NCBI GenBank assembly: GCA_976551045.1
Contig: CDPCPM010000078.1
Coordinates: 2,604,001 to 2,668,000, forward strand
Length of the DNA stretch: 64,000 nucleotides
Source of the DNA: Glaucostegus cemiculus
Taxonomy: Eukaryota
Direction: 5' to 3'
Part shown: positions 63,675-64,000 of the stretch, piece after piece
Numbering within the stretch: position 1 is the stretch's first letter
How the letters are laid out: every line of letters starts with the position of its first letter
Notes under the pieces: model-generated
Told to the model about the DNA's origin: nothing
The model's input: the letters and a program-made list of their open reading frames with translations, nothing else
Database searches by the model: none
Program-made: the position numbers and the translations under genes

Positions 63675-63922
63675 AATTTTTTAATTTTTTTTATTTACAG
63701 CGTGGTAACAGGCCCTTTCGGCCCAACGAGTCCACGCCACCCATTTAACCCCCCCCAAATTAGCCTACCCGTACGTCTTCAGATTGTGGGAGGAAACCGG
63801 AGCACCCAGAGGAAACCCACGCAGACACGGGTGAACATACAAACTCCTTACAGTCAGCGAAGGGAATCGAACCCTGATCGCTGGCGCTGTAACAGCATCA
63901 CGCTAACCGCTACGCTATCTTG
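63675..63922 (-). mobile_element. Young V-SINE
   Basis: Reverse complement of the family at 55282; similar to 45003-45253. Confidence 0.88.
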
Positions 63923-64000
63923 CATGCATTATCTAGGGACTCTAGGTTTGACAGCCTTTTTTTTTGTGGGAACATGTTTAACTTAAACCACTTGAATCTC

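Overview
Eukaryotic, repeat-dense vertebrate DNA. The repeat inventory (CR1, Rex/Babar and RTE LINEs, Penelope fragments, V-SINEs, Deu-domain SINEs) points to a cartilaginous fish; this is inferred, not proven. The left end holds the promoter and first two coding exons of a minus-strand gene with a signal peptide and the start of a CAP/SCP domain, most similar to CLEC18A. About 44 kb away on the plus strand is a weakly supported signal-peptide exon of an unidentified gene. Most ORFs in the supplied track are retroelement fragments or noise. The most unusual structure is 33556-35231: two ~800 bp LTRs joined tail-to-tail around a 70 bp core. The core holds a 35 nt tRNA-Pro copy (about twice a normal PBS), a PPT-like tract and a 7 nt LTR start. 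Both arms carry an oligo(A) where a related solo LTR has U5, and the whole palindrome is flanked by one 4 bp target-site duplication. Also present: an RT-deleted CsRn1-type Gypsy element with a clear -1 frameshift signal, Penelope hammerhead relics, a near-intact 5'-truncated CR1 ORF2, and an old ~45 bp satellite field. Boundaries of degraded repeats are approximate, and identities were estimated by eye.
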